The notes under the pieces: model-generated
Seen by the model: only the letters and a program-made list of their open reading frames with translations
The model's database searches: none
What the model was told of the DNA's origin: nothing
Translations under genes and position numbers: made by a program
Shown: piece by piece, positions 10,171-24,500 of the stretch
Layout of the letters: every line of letters begins with the position of its first letter
Numbering within the stretch: the stretch's first letter is position 1
From: Tubulanus polymorphus
Lineage: Eukaryota; Animalia; Nemertea
DNA: 64,000 nt
NCBI RefSeq assembly: GCF_964204645.1
Contig: NC_134027.1
Span: 19,616,560-19,680,559 of the forward strand
Direction: 5' to 3'

Positions 10171-12244
10171 TAATGATGATGGTGGTTATATTAAACTTGA
10201 ACCATAATATTTCTACAAATTGCGTGGTTGTCTCCAGAATTCTAAAGGAGGTCAAATTTCTCTTCAAAAGGGCTAAATCCACTAAATTTCTAATTGTATC
10301 TGGTGTATGAGTTTCGTATCTGTTTATAGCGATCCCTGGTTGGAGACTCAAGACTTAACAAATAAAATCACCCATTTTTTAACTCATCTTGGTTCTAATA
10401 TACCGTCAAATCTGCTTAATCTACATCGGCTACATTTGGATTTTGGCCAATATTCGCAGTTCCATTTGTTCACTAGTATACAAGAAAATTACTTTGGATC
10501 AGGATTTCCCCTAAACTGGAGGTATTTTGTTGGTCCCGAATGATCCGAATTAAGCGGATTCTACTGTATAACTATTGACCGGTTTATGTCAGTTTTGAAA
10601 CCAATGAAGGCCTGGTTCCTGAGTCGTGATTTCAGGTAGTAAAATCAAAATCAGCTAATCTGGGATGCTCAATATTTTCAATTTTCAGAATGTTGATACT
10701 TTTTAGGCCAAATATTTTTTCTTAATTCAATATTTGTCAACTTAAGTTCTACTATTCTTCTGTATGATTTGATTTTACCTAAAACTGGGCCGTGACTGGC
10801 TCTCGTGATTGATAATATATTTTTAAAATGTGACATATTGTTCCATATTTTAACCAGGTCAACCATTCGATATATGTATGTATTCATGTGATTCCACCAG
10901 TGATATTTGTGTACAGATGTCGGCACCTCATGACTAAACTTTCTGCACTGATGGCAAACTAAGACAAGATTTTATGGTGCTTCCTTAAGTCTGCATTATA
11001 TGTTTTGGGCCATTTTCTAGACTTACTTTATGTTGGATATTCTAAATGGGATTTTCACTAAAGTTGGACAAATATTCTAAAAAGATCTAACTTAAGAAGT
11101 CTTTAACTGTTGTAGATTCTGTTTATCTTACCTCAGACTCACTTGAGTCCGATAAATATAAGCCCTTTTTTGATTACTTGGAGCACAGATTTTTTCAAGA
11201 AAAAATGGGAGGCTGAAGGGGAAAAATTAAAAAATAAAAAACATTCTTTTTTATGATAAGCATTTTGAAATGGAAGTGAACAGGAAAAAATACAAATAGA
11301 ACCCTTTTTTTAATTGATTATTTTACGCATAAAACCTTAGAAAGCCTGCAAAAAATACATGAAAGAGGAGTCAAAGTTGTGATGAATTCGATTCAAATGA
11401 TGGTTAATGCAAATCGTTGAAAATTTAGATAAACATAACTTAATGCATTTCACTATATTGTAAAACGAGATTAACAAAAGGAATAAAAAGATTTTTTGGG
11501 GCAAATTATGATTAAGGCACAAAGGAGGACTAAGAAAAAATTATTCTTTTTAATTTGATGATTTTTGCAGAATCCCTGGAACCGGATCCATGCTCCAAGT
11601 AATGAAATTCTTTCTATGCGAGACAATGTTAAATAGCAACAATCAGTTTTTTAGCCAGGTGCTTATCTGCAAGTTCATTCAGGTTGGGTAAGCAGAATCT
11701 TCCATCCGATGTTATTCCGGCAGGTCTCTTATCTTAAAAACAGAGTATGGGTATTAAAGTTACGCTCGTGGTAAAGATCTTTAACCTATCTTTAAATATT
11801 TTCACTCAATAATTTTTATACAAGTATTAGTTTAATCGTTAAAGATCCCTTTTCTGTAATCCCAGATAAGCCTATATTTACGAACTGAAGGGATATCAAA
11901 GTCATCCTAGTGTAAAAGTTTTAAACCTTGTGGGTAAATAAGTGAGAATTGAATGACATATCTTCTTACGTTAAAACGATTGTTTAAAAACCCAGTCTTT
12001 TAATTTGTTATGCCAGCAGGGAACTTGATATTTCCAGCCTGGTACTAGTCTTAAACCTTGTGTTCATGTTATTTCTGCCTGTAGATCGCATCACAGAACT
12101 TAACTGAAACTTGAAATTTTGGACAGCAAAATTTTTCTTTTGTCCGAATTTTTAAAGTTTTATGTCAAAAATTTAGTTCACCTTTATAACATTATTAGAA
12201 ACAATTTTAAGCAGGTATGATTTGTCAACGTTTGTATAAATGTA

Positions 12245-12837
12245 CAGTAGACTCCGGTTAAACCAGTACAGTTGGATTTTTCAATTTTGTCTACTGAATT
12301 AGGTTGTTACTGGTTTGTAGGACTACGAAAATCATTGGATAAGAATAGGGAATTATTGAGTATAGCATTACCGGTAACTTATTCACACAATCAGACTAGC
12401 GAACCACCAAGGGTTTGCTTCCTTATTCGTTTCATATACCTGACACAAGTCCTTCAATAGACTTGACACTTTGCATTTCTCTTTTTAATTCCGCAACACT
12501 TTCCTCATTCTCAGTACACTCATTATGGTCATTTATGGTCATGAGTGTGCAGTAGTTGTAGAACATAGGGCCTAATATGAATTGCCAACAGCTATAGAAG
12601 ATCGACAGTACAGTATACAGTGTAATACAGGTGAAGAGCCATTATGGTTTACCAGTTTTGGCGCAGAATGGACAGAAATGAAATCAAAAGTTTATTGGAT
12701 AATGCAGATAATCAAATAGTGCCATACCAGGCGATATTTATGTATTGAAAAACAGTAGCAATGGAAATCTTATTTTTATTTTACGTATTGAAATGATAAC
12801 CTGACAGACCAGTACCATGTTTAGGCGGAGTCTACTG
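12245..12837. mobile_element. Tc1/mariner (pogo/Tigger-like) MITE
   Basis: TIRs CAGTAGACTCCG ... CGGAGTCTACTG flanked by TA on both sides. Confidence 0.75.
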
Positions 12838-14137
12838 TAATTACTGTAAATTTGTCTACCATGATATCAATTTCTTGATTTTGGTCGATGGTTGATTTTC
12901 CACGTTCTTTTATTTTTGAAGAATCTAAATCTAAAATTCAATTCTAGTACTATTTTATTCAGATTTTGTTTGTATTGAATTTTCATGAATTTTTATCTGT
13001 TAAAATCAGTTTTTATCTAAAGAAAATGAGTCTGTACTGGACTCATTTTCTATAGATAAGCAAATCTGATATTTATTCTGGTAATCTAAAATTGCACTAG
13101 AATTTGGCTTCAATTCATGTTGATTAAAGGCAGTTGGTAACCAGCTGTTATCTCAGATAAGCAAAAGATATGATTCAGATAGTAGTTATCATTTTACAGA
13201 TTGTCTCCATAGGATTGGGTTAAATTTGGCCTTGGTGTTTTATCTTGGCATAGGTCGGCCTTGCAACAATCGTGTTTTGAAAAGCCATTGACCTCCGTGC
13301 TCTTATGAATGCATTACGTATTGCACATGTTCTATTTTCTGCAACAGCATTGACTGATCGAGACTGGTTGTTAAACCATTAGCACTCAGCAATTGCACTA
13401 TGTGGTGTTAATTACTCCTCAGAAAATGCAAGGTAAAATCTAAGTTCATCACGATACTGAATAGCTCATTTGCTGTTAGTTTCCACGCATTACTAGTTAG
13501 TGTTATTTTGTAGTTAATAGTAAAGGCTTTCATGTACCAGGTAATGTAAGATCTGATGAGGTGGGCCACCAAAATCGTGTCCTTTCGGCCCCCCGAAATT
13601 CATCCAACCTTGGATTTGTATCGAGCGCTCAGACGTGTCATATTCAAACTCGAAATACTTGAGAAATTGAAATAGATGGATGTTGATTTCTGTTTGGTAT
13701 TTCGAGGACTTAGATGTTTAGTTTATCGTAAGCTATTGGTTCGAATCCCACTATAATCGTTTTCGTGCAGCATACGAAAAAAGTGCCAGGCGGATTCGTG
13801 CGGCTTTAGGAGTAATGGGCAGAGCGGATGCGGGCGGCTTGAGTGCAAATGGGTTAACTATCACTCATTGTGACCAGTTTCAACCTATGTCCGCCTTTAC
13901 GGCTGGTTGGTGCGGGGACAAAAAGCTATTTCATGCAATGACTTTTGCTATTCTGTAGACAACAACAACTTTGAGCTTTTCAAATTTGAAATATTTATTG
14001 TACAGCAATCAGCAAGATCAAGTATAGTTCCTGCTTAAAACTTTTATAGAATGCTGAATTTGGAATGTAATACGAACTTCATTTACCAGAATAAGTTGTA
14101 ATGATAGCAATCATCTTTTAAAATCGTCTAATATTCT

Positions 14138-14247
14138 GGGCCCGTTTTTACAGACCGGTATCACCTTTAACCCAGGGGCTAACTCAATTGAAAATGAATT
14201 AAGTTAGCCCCTGGGTTAAAGGTAATACCAGTCTGTAATACTAGCCC
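14138..14247. mobile_element. Short palindromic MITE (PIF/Harbinger-like GGGC ends)
   Basis: About 110-bp near-perfect inverted repeat: TACAGACCGGTATCACCTTTAACCCAGGGGCTAACT vs AGTTAGCCCCTGGGTTAAAGGTAATACCAGTCTGTA. Confidence 0.65.
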
Positions 14248-17200
14248 CATATGATTTACAGGTGAAATCATCATTCAGAATTTATGAACAGTTTCTAGTT
14301 CTTAGTGCAATCTTGATGGGAATTAATCATTGTATTTGATGGGAATTAATCATTGTATTATTTCAGATTTTGTATACTATGAACCACAAATAATCTGTAC
14401 TACTGTACTGTAAGAATTGACAGGGAAATGGTACTGGAGTTTGTACAAAGCTGACTTGTACTGATTGATTGGTTGATTGATTGATTGATTGATTGATTAA
14501 TTTATTTTCACTAAAAGATTGATTTTTTTTAACGGAAGTGTTATGGTATTTAAACACTGGTTAACGTTAGTCAACCCAAATTCCTTTTTGTTTGTCTTAC
14601 ATATTCTGACCATTTAATATATGAACTGTAATGCATAGTTTTAATATCATTTCTCATCTCATTTATTGGTTGTTTTATGTTGTGTAGTTTTTCTTGATTT
14701 GTTTTATGCAATTGTCAGAGAGGAGCCGGGGTACTTCGTGCTCATTTGCCATCTATCAGTTTTTAGCAAACAAATGTCAGCAATACGACTGACTGTATTA
14801 ACTGTTTGTCTATATTTACATGTACATAAGCTTGCTATTGCTATGCAAATCCATATCTAACTTCCATGTGTACTGAAAATTGACTTTAAAACCGGTACCA
14901 AACTGGTATATTAGCTTCATAAAACTTGTACATAAAAAAGGCCTTCTTTCATAATTTTTGACACGATTTTATCTGTGTAGATTGAATTTCTCTGGAATCG
15001 TTTGCAGTCATCGGTTAAGAATATTACTTGGTTTGATTTGAATGCATTGCATGTATATAATTGAATCCAGAGAAAAATTTAATTGTATGATGTCATCAAT
15101 CTAAAATATCCTTGCTCTTTGGACTGAATTCAACAGTTGCTGCTTTTGTAGTATCCGCAGTAAGACAAGTTGTACTTGATTAATGTCAAGTTGACTACTT
15201 TATTCATGTTAAGTTCAATCTCTATAATTGATGAATTCGATTGGGATGCTTTTGGCAGTGGAACCCGCTCAATTCGAATTCATTTGGGACTAATGAAATT
15301 GATCCGGTTTGTAAGAAATTCGAATGAGTCGTCATATTTACATACATATGTACTGGGGTATATTGGGAATGTAAATGATATCTGGATTAGATCAAAATCT
15401 GGATTAAACTGATCCGAATTAAGCGAGTTTGACTGTACGTCGAATTCTGTTGTTTGTTTTAATATGAAAGTTTTAAGATTTTAGTATTTATGAATGGTAC
15501 GACGGTGTGCAGTTAGATTGTGCTTGTCCTCTACTATTTTAATTCCAACTTTACGTATTTATATTAAAGAAAGAAGCAGAACATTTATTTTTATTTTATA
15601 CTCATATATCATTTGTAAACAAGAATATATTATGCTTTGTGACTAATTCGGCAAAGATTTGCTTTGATTATGGATATAGGAGGAATTGTCGTGATTTTGT
15701 TGTAAATATTCAAATATAAATACATTATATAGAAACTCAGAGAGTTATTTTTAAGCCAACTTTAAGTGTAGCCCATCTGGGTCATAGCTCCCCACTGGCT
15801 CCACTCGCTTGTGAGTTTCTCAATCCATCTGCAGACGGGAATCAAGGTTTTTGGTGGAAATTTCAGCACGTTTTGATGTATTGTCATAATTTATTCATGT
15901 TTTGTATACCCTTTACACATCAGCAACGATCGAGAAAATCAAGATGACCAATCGGCGGTCATAACGTTCGCCAAAATCTCTGGTTTTTTTGGACACCTTG
16001 CTTAACAATCAGTTTTACACTTACCGTATAATATTCGAGACAACTGAGCTAACTTGAGATTGTTTATTGATATAAGCAACAGAGGCGAGTTTATCGGCAT
16101 TCAGCAAGGGTTTTCTGGGAAAACGCAGAAAATCCTAATGACACCATCAAAAGAGGGATGATGAAACGTTGTCTATGTAAAAAATCTTAAAGACATACTA
16201 AAGTTTCCAATTGCTGCAATTATTTTTCTTTCGGGAAGACACAATCTGTTTTGTACTATCACGGTCAACCTTAAAATAGATGCGATACATGTACAATAAT
16301 TATTTGCGTACCGTAATTACTGTAACCTACGAGCAATCATCTCAAGATGAGTGCTGTAACATAGGAAAAGCCCTAAGTCTGCGTGCTTAACGCTGGTCTT
16401 TGCTCCAGACTAATACCTAAATTTGCGGAACTGTATCCCCGTCATATTGGTACGTGCAGTTATTCATGCCTTACTATGTAATCATTTCATATTCATTTTA
16501 TACTGACGGAGGGTGATAGAAACTACCCGAAAAATCTAGTTAAAAAAACTTTTTGGTCAACATATAGTTGTGGGGCGTTTTGATATTAGGTATATACAAT
16601 GTACCACGAATAATGTGATTTCAAGCGATTCAGCATTACTTTGTATTTTGGTGGCAATTTTTGTAAACAAATTGGAATGGAAATCCCTGAATAAAGTTGC
16701 TGATTAACTACATTTCTTTCAAACGGAATTCGTCCTGTGCAAACGCCAGCAGATTGTCGGGAACGAGCGTGAAAAATTGCAGGATTTGTACATGAAAGAA
16801 ACTGGAAAATCGTTGCAGTATTCATGGAAGTAAGTTAGTATGCAATGTGGTTACACAAATGGATGTTTTATTCCACTAACGAACGAGCAATCAACAAATA
16901 AAAAAATCTATGTATCTGTCATTGTCTTTTAGGCAGAGCTTATGGTTCTGGAGTACAGTTTAGTGGGGTCGGTTACTCAGTTGTGGATTTTTTTTATTTG
17001 AGACCTAACGACTCTAAATCTGAGCCGTTCCCTTGCCAGATCTTCCGTTCTATTATACTTGTAGGCTTGGGCTACGTGAGCTGATAGAAGATTCAAGAAG
17101 TTAAACATCTAGCTTATATTTTACAAACATCCCTGTATATTGCATTCATAAAGAATTAGATAAATCACTCCCACAGCCAACATAATGTCAAATTATCATC

Positions 17201-17402
17201 TTTTATGCTCATATTTATAAGTGATAATTCTTGACAGGTAGTGATTATATATCTTTATTAATTCATTACTGAGACAAAACAGAACTGCACGAAAAGTCCA
17301 TTTGCAAATTGAAATAAATACTAAAACTGTGAGGCCTACTGAGTGGCCGAGTAGTTCATAGGAATCTTCAGTAGTTCTTGTGAATCGGATATTTGATTAG
17401 TC

Positions 17403-17429
17403 CATGGACGTATAAACTATACGTCCATG
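17403..17429. mobile_element. 27-bp palindrome with flanking direct repeat; probable DNA-transposon excision footprint
   Basis: CATGGACGTATA-AAC-TATACGTCCATG flanked on both sides by ATTAGTC. Confidence 0.6.
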
Positions 17430-17465
17430 ATTAGTCTAAATGGGTGTGTAGGCTAATTCTTTTTA

Positions 17466-17800
17466 GGGGTAACAGAAATACCCCCGGTAAATATCCCCCA
17501 GTAAAAATCCCCCAAATTCTATTTCGTAAGAAAATTCAACAACACATTTCAATATTATTATGTTGAAAAACTTCGATAGATTTAGAAAAGTTCAAATTCT
17601 TCGTCGTGTTTGCTTACAGTATTAACCTTGGATAATCTGTGACTTTATCAAGCTACATGCATAAAAATGATATACATATAAATAATTGCCGGGTTTTTTT
17701 TATCTCAGTTTATACTCTAGTTTGATAGAAAACTAAATTTGGGGGATTTTTAGCAGGAGGATATCTACCTTGTGGGATTTTAACCGGGACGACTATTACC
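17466..17800. mobile_element. Degenerate foldback-type MITE with tandemly repeated arms
   Basis: Left arm has AAATACCCCCGGT / AAATATCCCCCAGT / AAAAATCCCCC units; right arm has the inverted GGGGGATTTTT / GGAGGATATCTACC / GGGATTTTAACCGGG units. Confidence 0.45.
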
Positions 17801-18794
17801 TTCCTTCTTAGACTGACGTAGTTCTCATTCGTTGACATTGGTTACCGTACATTGCAGGAACGTGTTTGAATGAATTCGAATCCGCACCTCTTTAGAAGTA
17901 ATTTAGAACAGTTCTGATGCGTTTAGATCAACGCTATAGATAGCTATCAACAGTATTTATATCCACAAATTTCATATTGCAGGCCTATAACATTTGTGAC
18001 CCCTAACCACACATGTAAACCACAATACTGGCTGAAATCTTCTCCGTTTAATAGGATATTCATACCTGGGTTGGTATTTCCTAATGAAATGTTTTAACTA
18101 TGGAATGAAAGTTTCAAAAGACAAAGGAAATAGTTTACACCTTAGATAATCTGTCCATGATGGGAAACCGTCAAAAGAAAGGTTCAACCTACGTATCCGG
18201 GATGGTCTTACGGTTTTCCTATATATGTCCTATTCCCCACTGTATGTCCACCCATACACGTATCTAAAAAGTTTAGTCCATGGTCCGCTCGATTCAAGTT
18301 CTTTCGGCGAAGATTGAATTGATTGTGTGTAGTATCAATTTCATTTACACACGCTGGCTAAATGAGACCTTGGATTGTCTGTGTCTTCATTTGTCCATGT
18401 CAGCTGTTAGACTGGAGGCAAACTACTAAGAGTGAGCCATGCTAAATTTCCAATAAATAGACGATTATTTTACAAATCTCGAAATTCTGGGAAAATCACA
18501 TTTTTTCGTATGTACCTAATAAACCGAGTGATGGAGGCGACGCAGTAGACAATATACTCGCATTAACTGATTAGCATACAGCTCAGTAGAACCTGTGTGA
18601 TAATAATGATTCAAACTAACTATTCATATCAACCCCCATTCATTTTTAATCATGCCTTGGCTAGCGTAATGACACAGAGTTTTAGACTGACACATTGGCA
18701 ATACATGCAGCCATAAGCTATTGAGTTTTGATTACCGTAAATGGTTTGAGGTTTATCCATGCGCGTCTCTGCATTACTGCAGACTAGATCTCAT

Positions 18795-19317
<523 letters not shown>

Positions 19318-19384
19318 CGTTTTAAAAACCCAAAACGTCACGAGCGGCTTTCTCGTCGAAGTACGGTTCAGACATACGCTCGTC

Positions 19385-19387
<3 letters not shown>

Positions 19388-19472
<85 letters not shown>
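19388..19472. repeat. (TA)n microsatellite
   Basis: Direct observation. Confidence 0.97.
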
Positions 19473-19473
<1 letters not shown>

Positions 19474-20887
19474 GTTTCATTACCTACTTAGATTACCGGT
19501 ATTAGTATTACCAATATATCAGTTATATGGGGATTTTTATGACTTTTTATACCTGACCAGTCTAGTAAGAGGAAATATGTTTTTGGAAAAAAAAACATTT
19601 TCTATAAGTTTTAGAGAAACTATATTTATTTTAAGGAGAATATATATGTTTTTGTAATTTCTGCATAGACTCAACATGCGAAAACCTACGCCTCATTTGT
19701 TTCCGTGAGAAATATGATACACAACTCAAAAATCAATCTTATATACCAATGGTCGGTCTGATAGGAAGTTTACCCTTTTGGCCATTGCTTTTGTACGTAT
19801 ATAAAATCCAATCTTAGGGAACATTTGATCTCGAAATTGTATCCTTACAGCAGAATTTCATTTCAGCAATGTAGATTTGGATAAATATAAACCCATTTCG
19901 TGAAAGTAAGGAAATTGACATGATTTGATCGAAGCAAAAAATAATGTTAACGCCCCCAAATTGAACAGGATCTTCATGGTTGAAGGAATATGTTGTTTTT
20001 GATTTGGAAATGATATTAGTACTCGTTATAGTCGGGAGTTAATTAATTTAATTGTCTTAACTGTCCAAATGATACGAATGTAATTTGATAAGGGAGTGTA
20101 AAAGAAAGCTTGTAGAAGTTAATTAATTATATTGGAAGTGGGTGGGGTCGTGAAATCAAGAAAAGAAGCAAACGTTTGCGATTGAAATTAAATTCATTAG
20201 AATTCTCGACGAAAAGATTTAAATTCCACTTATAGAGGGGATTGGCTTTTCCCTTAGATTCTTATAGCCAAACAAACAAATAAATTATAAGACCGATTTT
20301 AAACCTTGGAAGATTATAATATATGAGTATCGGATTAGACCTGTCGTTATGAAAAACTCTCTCCTTCAAACAATGAGCTGCTCTTTGTAGTGAGGTCATC
20401 AGTAATCATATATTCTAAAATCATCAACCTTCATCTGCGCATGCACCAGTTTCCCGTGTTACCGATAAATCGGTTATACATCTTTTACAAAGTCGATACA
20501 CCTGAGATCATTGTCCGTAATTAATAGTGAATCTTCTAGTTTTTATCTCCATTTCAATGGGCAACACCTGCGCTTTATTGCAATTCATGTGGTTTCTGGC
20601 AACTGATTGCGGTTTTCTATTTTCATACATTGAACCGCAGTCGCTCCTTATGTCTGAGACTTTGCCACTGCAACCATTTTTGGCAATTGTCACTCCAGTT
20701 GTCGACTGATGCGTTATTTAGTTGTCACTTTATCAGTGTGCTGATTAGTATATTTCTAGGCGGTTAACGGGAAGCTATTTCATTAGTAATTGATACAAGC
20801 CGATTTTCCGACGAAGCCACGACGCGAATTCTAGAGTAAGCCAGCATCAACGGACGCGTATTGTGTGGTTTTAACGAGTCTGCTTCG

Positions 20888-20932
20888 CACGTGGGCGGCT
20901 GCGTCATCTCGCTATGATTTAAACATACGTCA
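20888..20932 (+). promoter_or_regulatory. Candidate promoter of the EGF-like peptide gene
   Basis: Clustered E-box CACGTG (20888), GC box GGGCGG, CRE-like TGCGTCA (20900) and TACGTCA (20926), and TTTAAA, in a locally CpG-rich stretch about 400 bp upstream of the ATG. Confidence 0.35.
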
Positions 20933-21299
20933 CGTTCAAAACCATCCAAACTTTTACCTTATTCTACTGTCAGAACTTTCATTCCATCGGAATTAACGCA
21001 GCCGACTTCACCGGAGCGAAGTTTGTGAGATAAAGAAACAACACGCATATACGTTGAAAATATCCTCTCGATTTTTGTGACCGAACTTGTGAGCGAAAAA
21101 CAATCACCGAAGCGTGTAGTTAGGAGCTGCAACGGAAGCTACAACTTAGTCGACATCCGTGTTTGTTTATTCTAGCATCCTTGAAGTAATACGGGAAAAA
21201 CCATTGTGATATTTTTTCGGTATAATTCTAGATGTTTGATAAACGAGTTCATATAAGCGGCAGTGTTCGACCTGTGGCGGGACGATTCGCAAATCTGCT

Positions 21300-21590
21300 A
21301 TGAGACCAAATAAATATATTGGTATGTTGGTGCTCTTGGTGGTATTTCTAGTACCAGACCACCTGGCAATTCCAGCTACAATGCTTTGTACTGGTACCTG
21401 CCTTAACGGAGGAGTTCTCATACAGCCCAGGGACATATTCGGATACTGTAGATGCAGGTGCCCTCGATATTTCAAAGGACTCAGTTGTGAATATTTCACG
21501 GGCAAGAAAAGGACATTGACGATCAGACAAAAATTACGAATATCCCTGAAACGGACCCGATCACGATTTCATTTGTCTAGAAGCAGATGA
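21300..21590 (+). CDS. Small secreted EGF-like peptide precursor (96 aa)
   Basis: Hydrophobic signal peptide (IGMLVLLVVFLV); 6-Cys EGF-like unit CTGTCLNGG...CRCRCPRYFKGLSCE; GKKR processing/amidation site; basic tail. A G|GTGAGA splice donor follows the stop codon. Confidence 0.8.
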   Translation: MRPNKYIGMLVLLVVFLVPDHLAIPATMLCTGTCLNGGVLIQPRDIFGYCRCRCPRYFKGLSCEYFTGKKRTLTIRQKLRISLKRTRSRFHLSRSR

Positions 21591-24500
21591 GGTGAGATTC
21601 ATGAAAATCATATAATATTTTATCAAAATGAAAATTCTCGAAACATGGTGAGGTACCAAAATTGCCAATTTGGCATCAATGGTTATACTCCAGATACGCA
21701 ACAGAAAATAACTGGTTGCATGTTAAAACTGAACAACGAAGTGTAATCAGTCATAGTAATTGTTCGATGCTCATTACGCCTTAAGTTGACTGATTTCGTG
21801 CTTTGATTTGCTTGAAATTCGCTCATGTTTACATAGGCCTACTCTGGACTGATAATTTTGAAATTATATCGTTACCGGGTATAATATTTAGAACCTGGTC
21901 AGAATAGAGTACCGGGTAAGTCTCGGCCGGTGAATGGTTCCTGTCGCTCATGGTAAGCCGGCTAAATGGTCTAAAGTAATGTGATGATTCATTGATGAAT
22001 ATGGTTCCGGGTACGATATATTATTTCCTTTTATGTCAAGAACGAGTAATTTACAGAATGAAGTTTCCTTCAGGTACGATAATACGATGCCCATGAAACT
22101 TTGATCCGTTATTTAGTCGTCCAGTGAAACGTTCAGTGACCGTGAGTCGTTCCTATTAAATACTTTATTTATTTATTAGTTACTATTAATTCTATCGCCC
22201 GACGAGAAGGCATATATAATATATGTGCAAATTCATACTTATATACGATATCTGCATTATTTAGTTGGTTGGTGATAAAAAGATTTGTTGGCTGAGAAAA
22301 CGAAAATATTTGTAGGCAAAAGCAATTGGTCCTATTCTAAATTTTAGTCTAAGAAATCGGTTTCGAAGATTATGAAGAAAATGACAACCTTCTTGGCGAC
22401 GATACCTCTCAAATTAAAAATTGACCTTTCTCCATTGGTTTCCAGTGTACTCTGGTAGTATTAAATCATCGACTCATATCGTTATTAAACAAGAACTGGA
22501 GTGACCATGCTCTCGAAAAATTGCAAGGCTGAATCTGCGAATTTTTTTGGGACGAAATATAAAGCTTTCCGCTATAATAAGCCCCGGTAGTAAGCAGATA
22601 ATACGCATAGACGCGAGGCTCTATTCAAGCTTGACATCAGTACTATTCTGATTCGAGCCATATGTATATCTTTTGATAGAAAAATTCTGGGCGATTTCGA
22701 CATTTCTCATCCCAATTCTCATTTCATTTTTATCAAGTAGACCGACCCAAATGTATACTACCGTGATATGAATCTGTCATCTGATATCCTAATACATAGG
22801 AATCATGACAGCGTCACTAATGAATTAAAAAGGTATACCGTATGTAGGATATAATGAACGGGTCTCTAAAGTAAAACAGAAGTGTGACCAGTGTATCGGA
22901 TCTTGAAATTGTATATCCTTGACATTCAAATAAACTAAAACTAAGCTTATGAAGAGAAACAACATTTTCTTTATTCAAAATTAAACGTAATGCCCGTTAA
23001 AACTAAATGATACGCTCTTCAAAGCACAATATTTGACGAGCCAAATCCGATCGTACATTATAGATACCATATTTATTCGACGCGGCAAAATCGCTACATA
23101 TAAATATACATATGTCACTGTCAAAATAACAACTGCATAACTTCATATTTGCCTATCATTGTTTATAATCTTTAAGAAGAACGTGATAATCTAACCAGTC
23201 AAAACTAGATGATAATGATATGCTCGTCACTTATCTCTTTATGTCTTCAAAAATCTCTAAATTTGACCACACTGTATATCTGTACTTCGATTTCCGATCT
23301 CAAAATCAAACCCCCTGTTTCGTTCCAAGCAGGTGTGGTAGTTCTGTAAGGGACACCAATCAATTCAAAATATATCCGACAAAATCTACCAATTAGGTTA
23401 ATAACAGGGTCAATCCCCACTTCAAGATAGAAACAAATATCATATTTGACGTGTAAAACCGGATCATGTATATACTGTCAAAACTAAGTGGCCATCGTAG
23501 AAAATTCAAAATCAAGATTTCACACTTTCTTTTCACGCAACAAACTATCGTATCTTACAAATAAAACTATAATGATTTACCAGTCATAACTTAAAAAATA
23601 AAATTCACACAAAATGTACCCATCAAAACTGCATGTGTTCGTCAAACCGTCATATTTGATCGGAGGGGGGTCAGGGCAACTATATTTTATATGCGAGCAC
23701 TGGAGTTGCTAAGCCCGTAGGGGGGGGGGGTGTCTAAACACTTAGAAGATCTGGTATCATTTTAGTGACCTTTCGGGGCATCTGAGGACGTGTTTCTATG
23801 GCAACGGTGAAACTTTAATTAATGTATTCATAAAAACGTATTAGAAGACGGGGCTAGAAGAAAGGACACGGGTAGGGCGGGGCGAAATATATTTGAATAA
23901 AGTATGTATAGATGATTGATGAAAAGTTTTAACAAAAACAAAATTCTAATTGCGACTATCTTAACATGCAGTTAACATACTTTTTTACGCTGTAACGTTT
24001 GTTCCTGGAACCTGTTTAGATCACGTACAGGTATATCATATCCTAAAAGACCCCTGTGGACCCTGTAGGGCCGCAAAAGTCCCAAAATACGATTTCGTCA
24101 ATTCGTCAAGCTAACTTCGCCTAATAATTGACGAATATCATCACCCTAAACTTAAAACTCTTAATTGATATGGAGATAACAAAGTTTCTGCAGAAAGGCA
24201 AGCCGAAACTCAAATAAATGATTGTACATGTGTTTTCCTTATTCATTTCTTTCCCTCTCGTGGGGGCCTCCAAATGTGTTCAGACTGTCTTGTGTCAATC
24301 ATTGATCCTAGTCCTCCGATGAAGAAAATCCTACGCAACCAATTCAAGTTCCAAACGAAAAATATCCTCTCTCCTATATAGTAAAACTACTCATCCGGAT
24401 TTTTGCAAGATGATACACTGTAAAAAGTATTTCCGTAAGTAAAGGGCTTGAAGCCGTAATTTGACGTTGCAGCAGTGTTTCCGGAAATAAATCCGTAGAT

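Noticed and set aside
13013-13059. Short palindromes (also about 26330-26373 and 34506-34528)
   Set aside because: Probably MITE relics; no TSD or other support, and bacterial-type terminators are irrelevant in this genome.
13737-13752. GGTTCGAATCCC B-box as a tRNA gene
   Set aside because: No acceptor or D stems found; at most a SINE relic.
10361-15725. PLA2G15 polyadenylation site (AATAAA at 10361 vs an AT-rich distal candidate near 15715)
   Set aside because: Cannot choose between them without transcript data.
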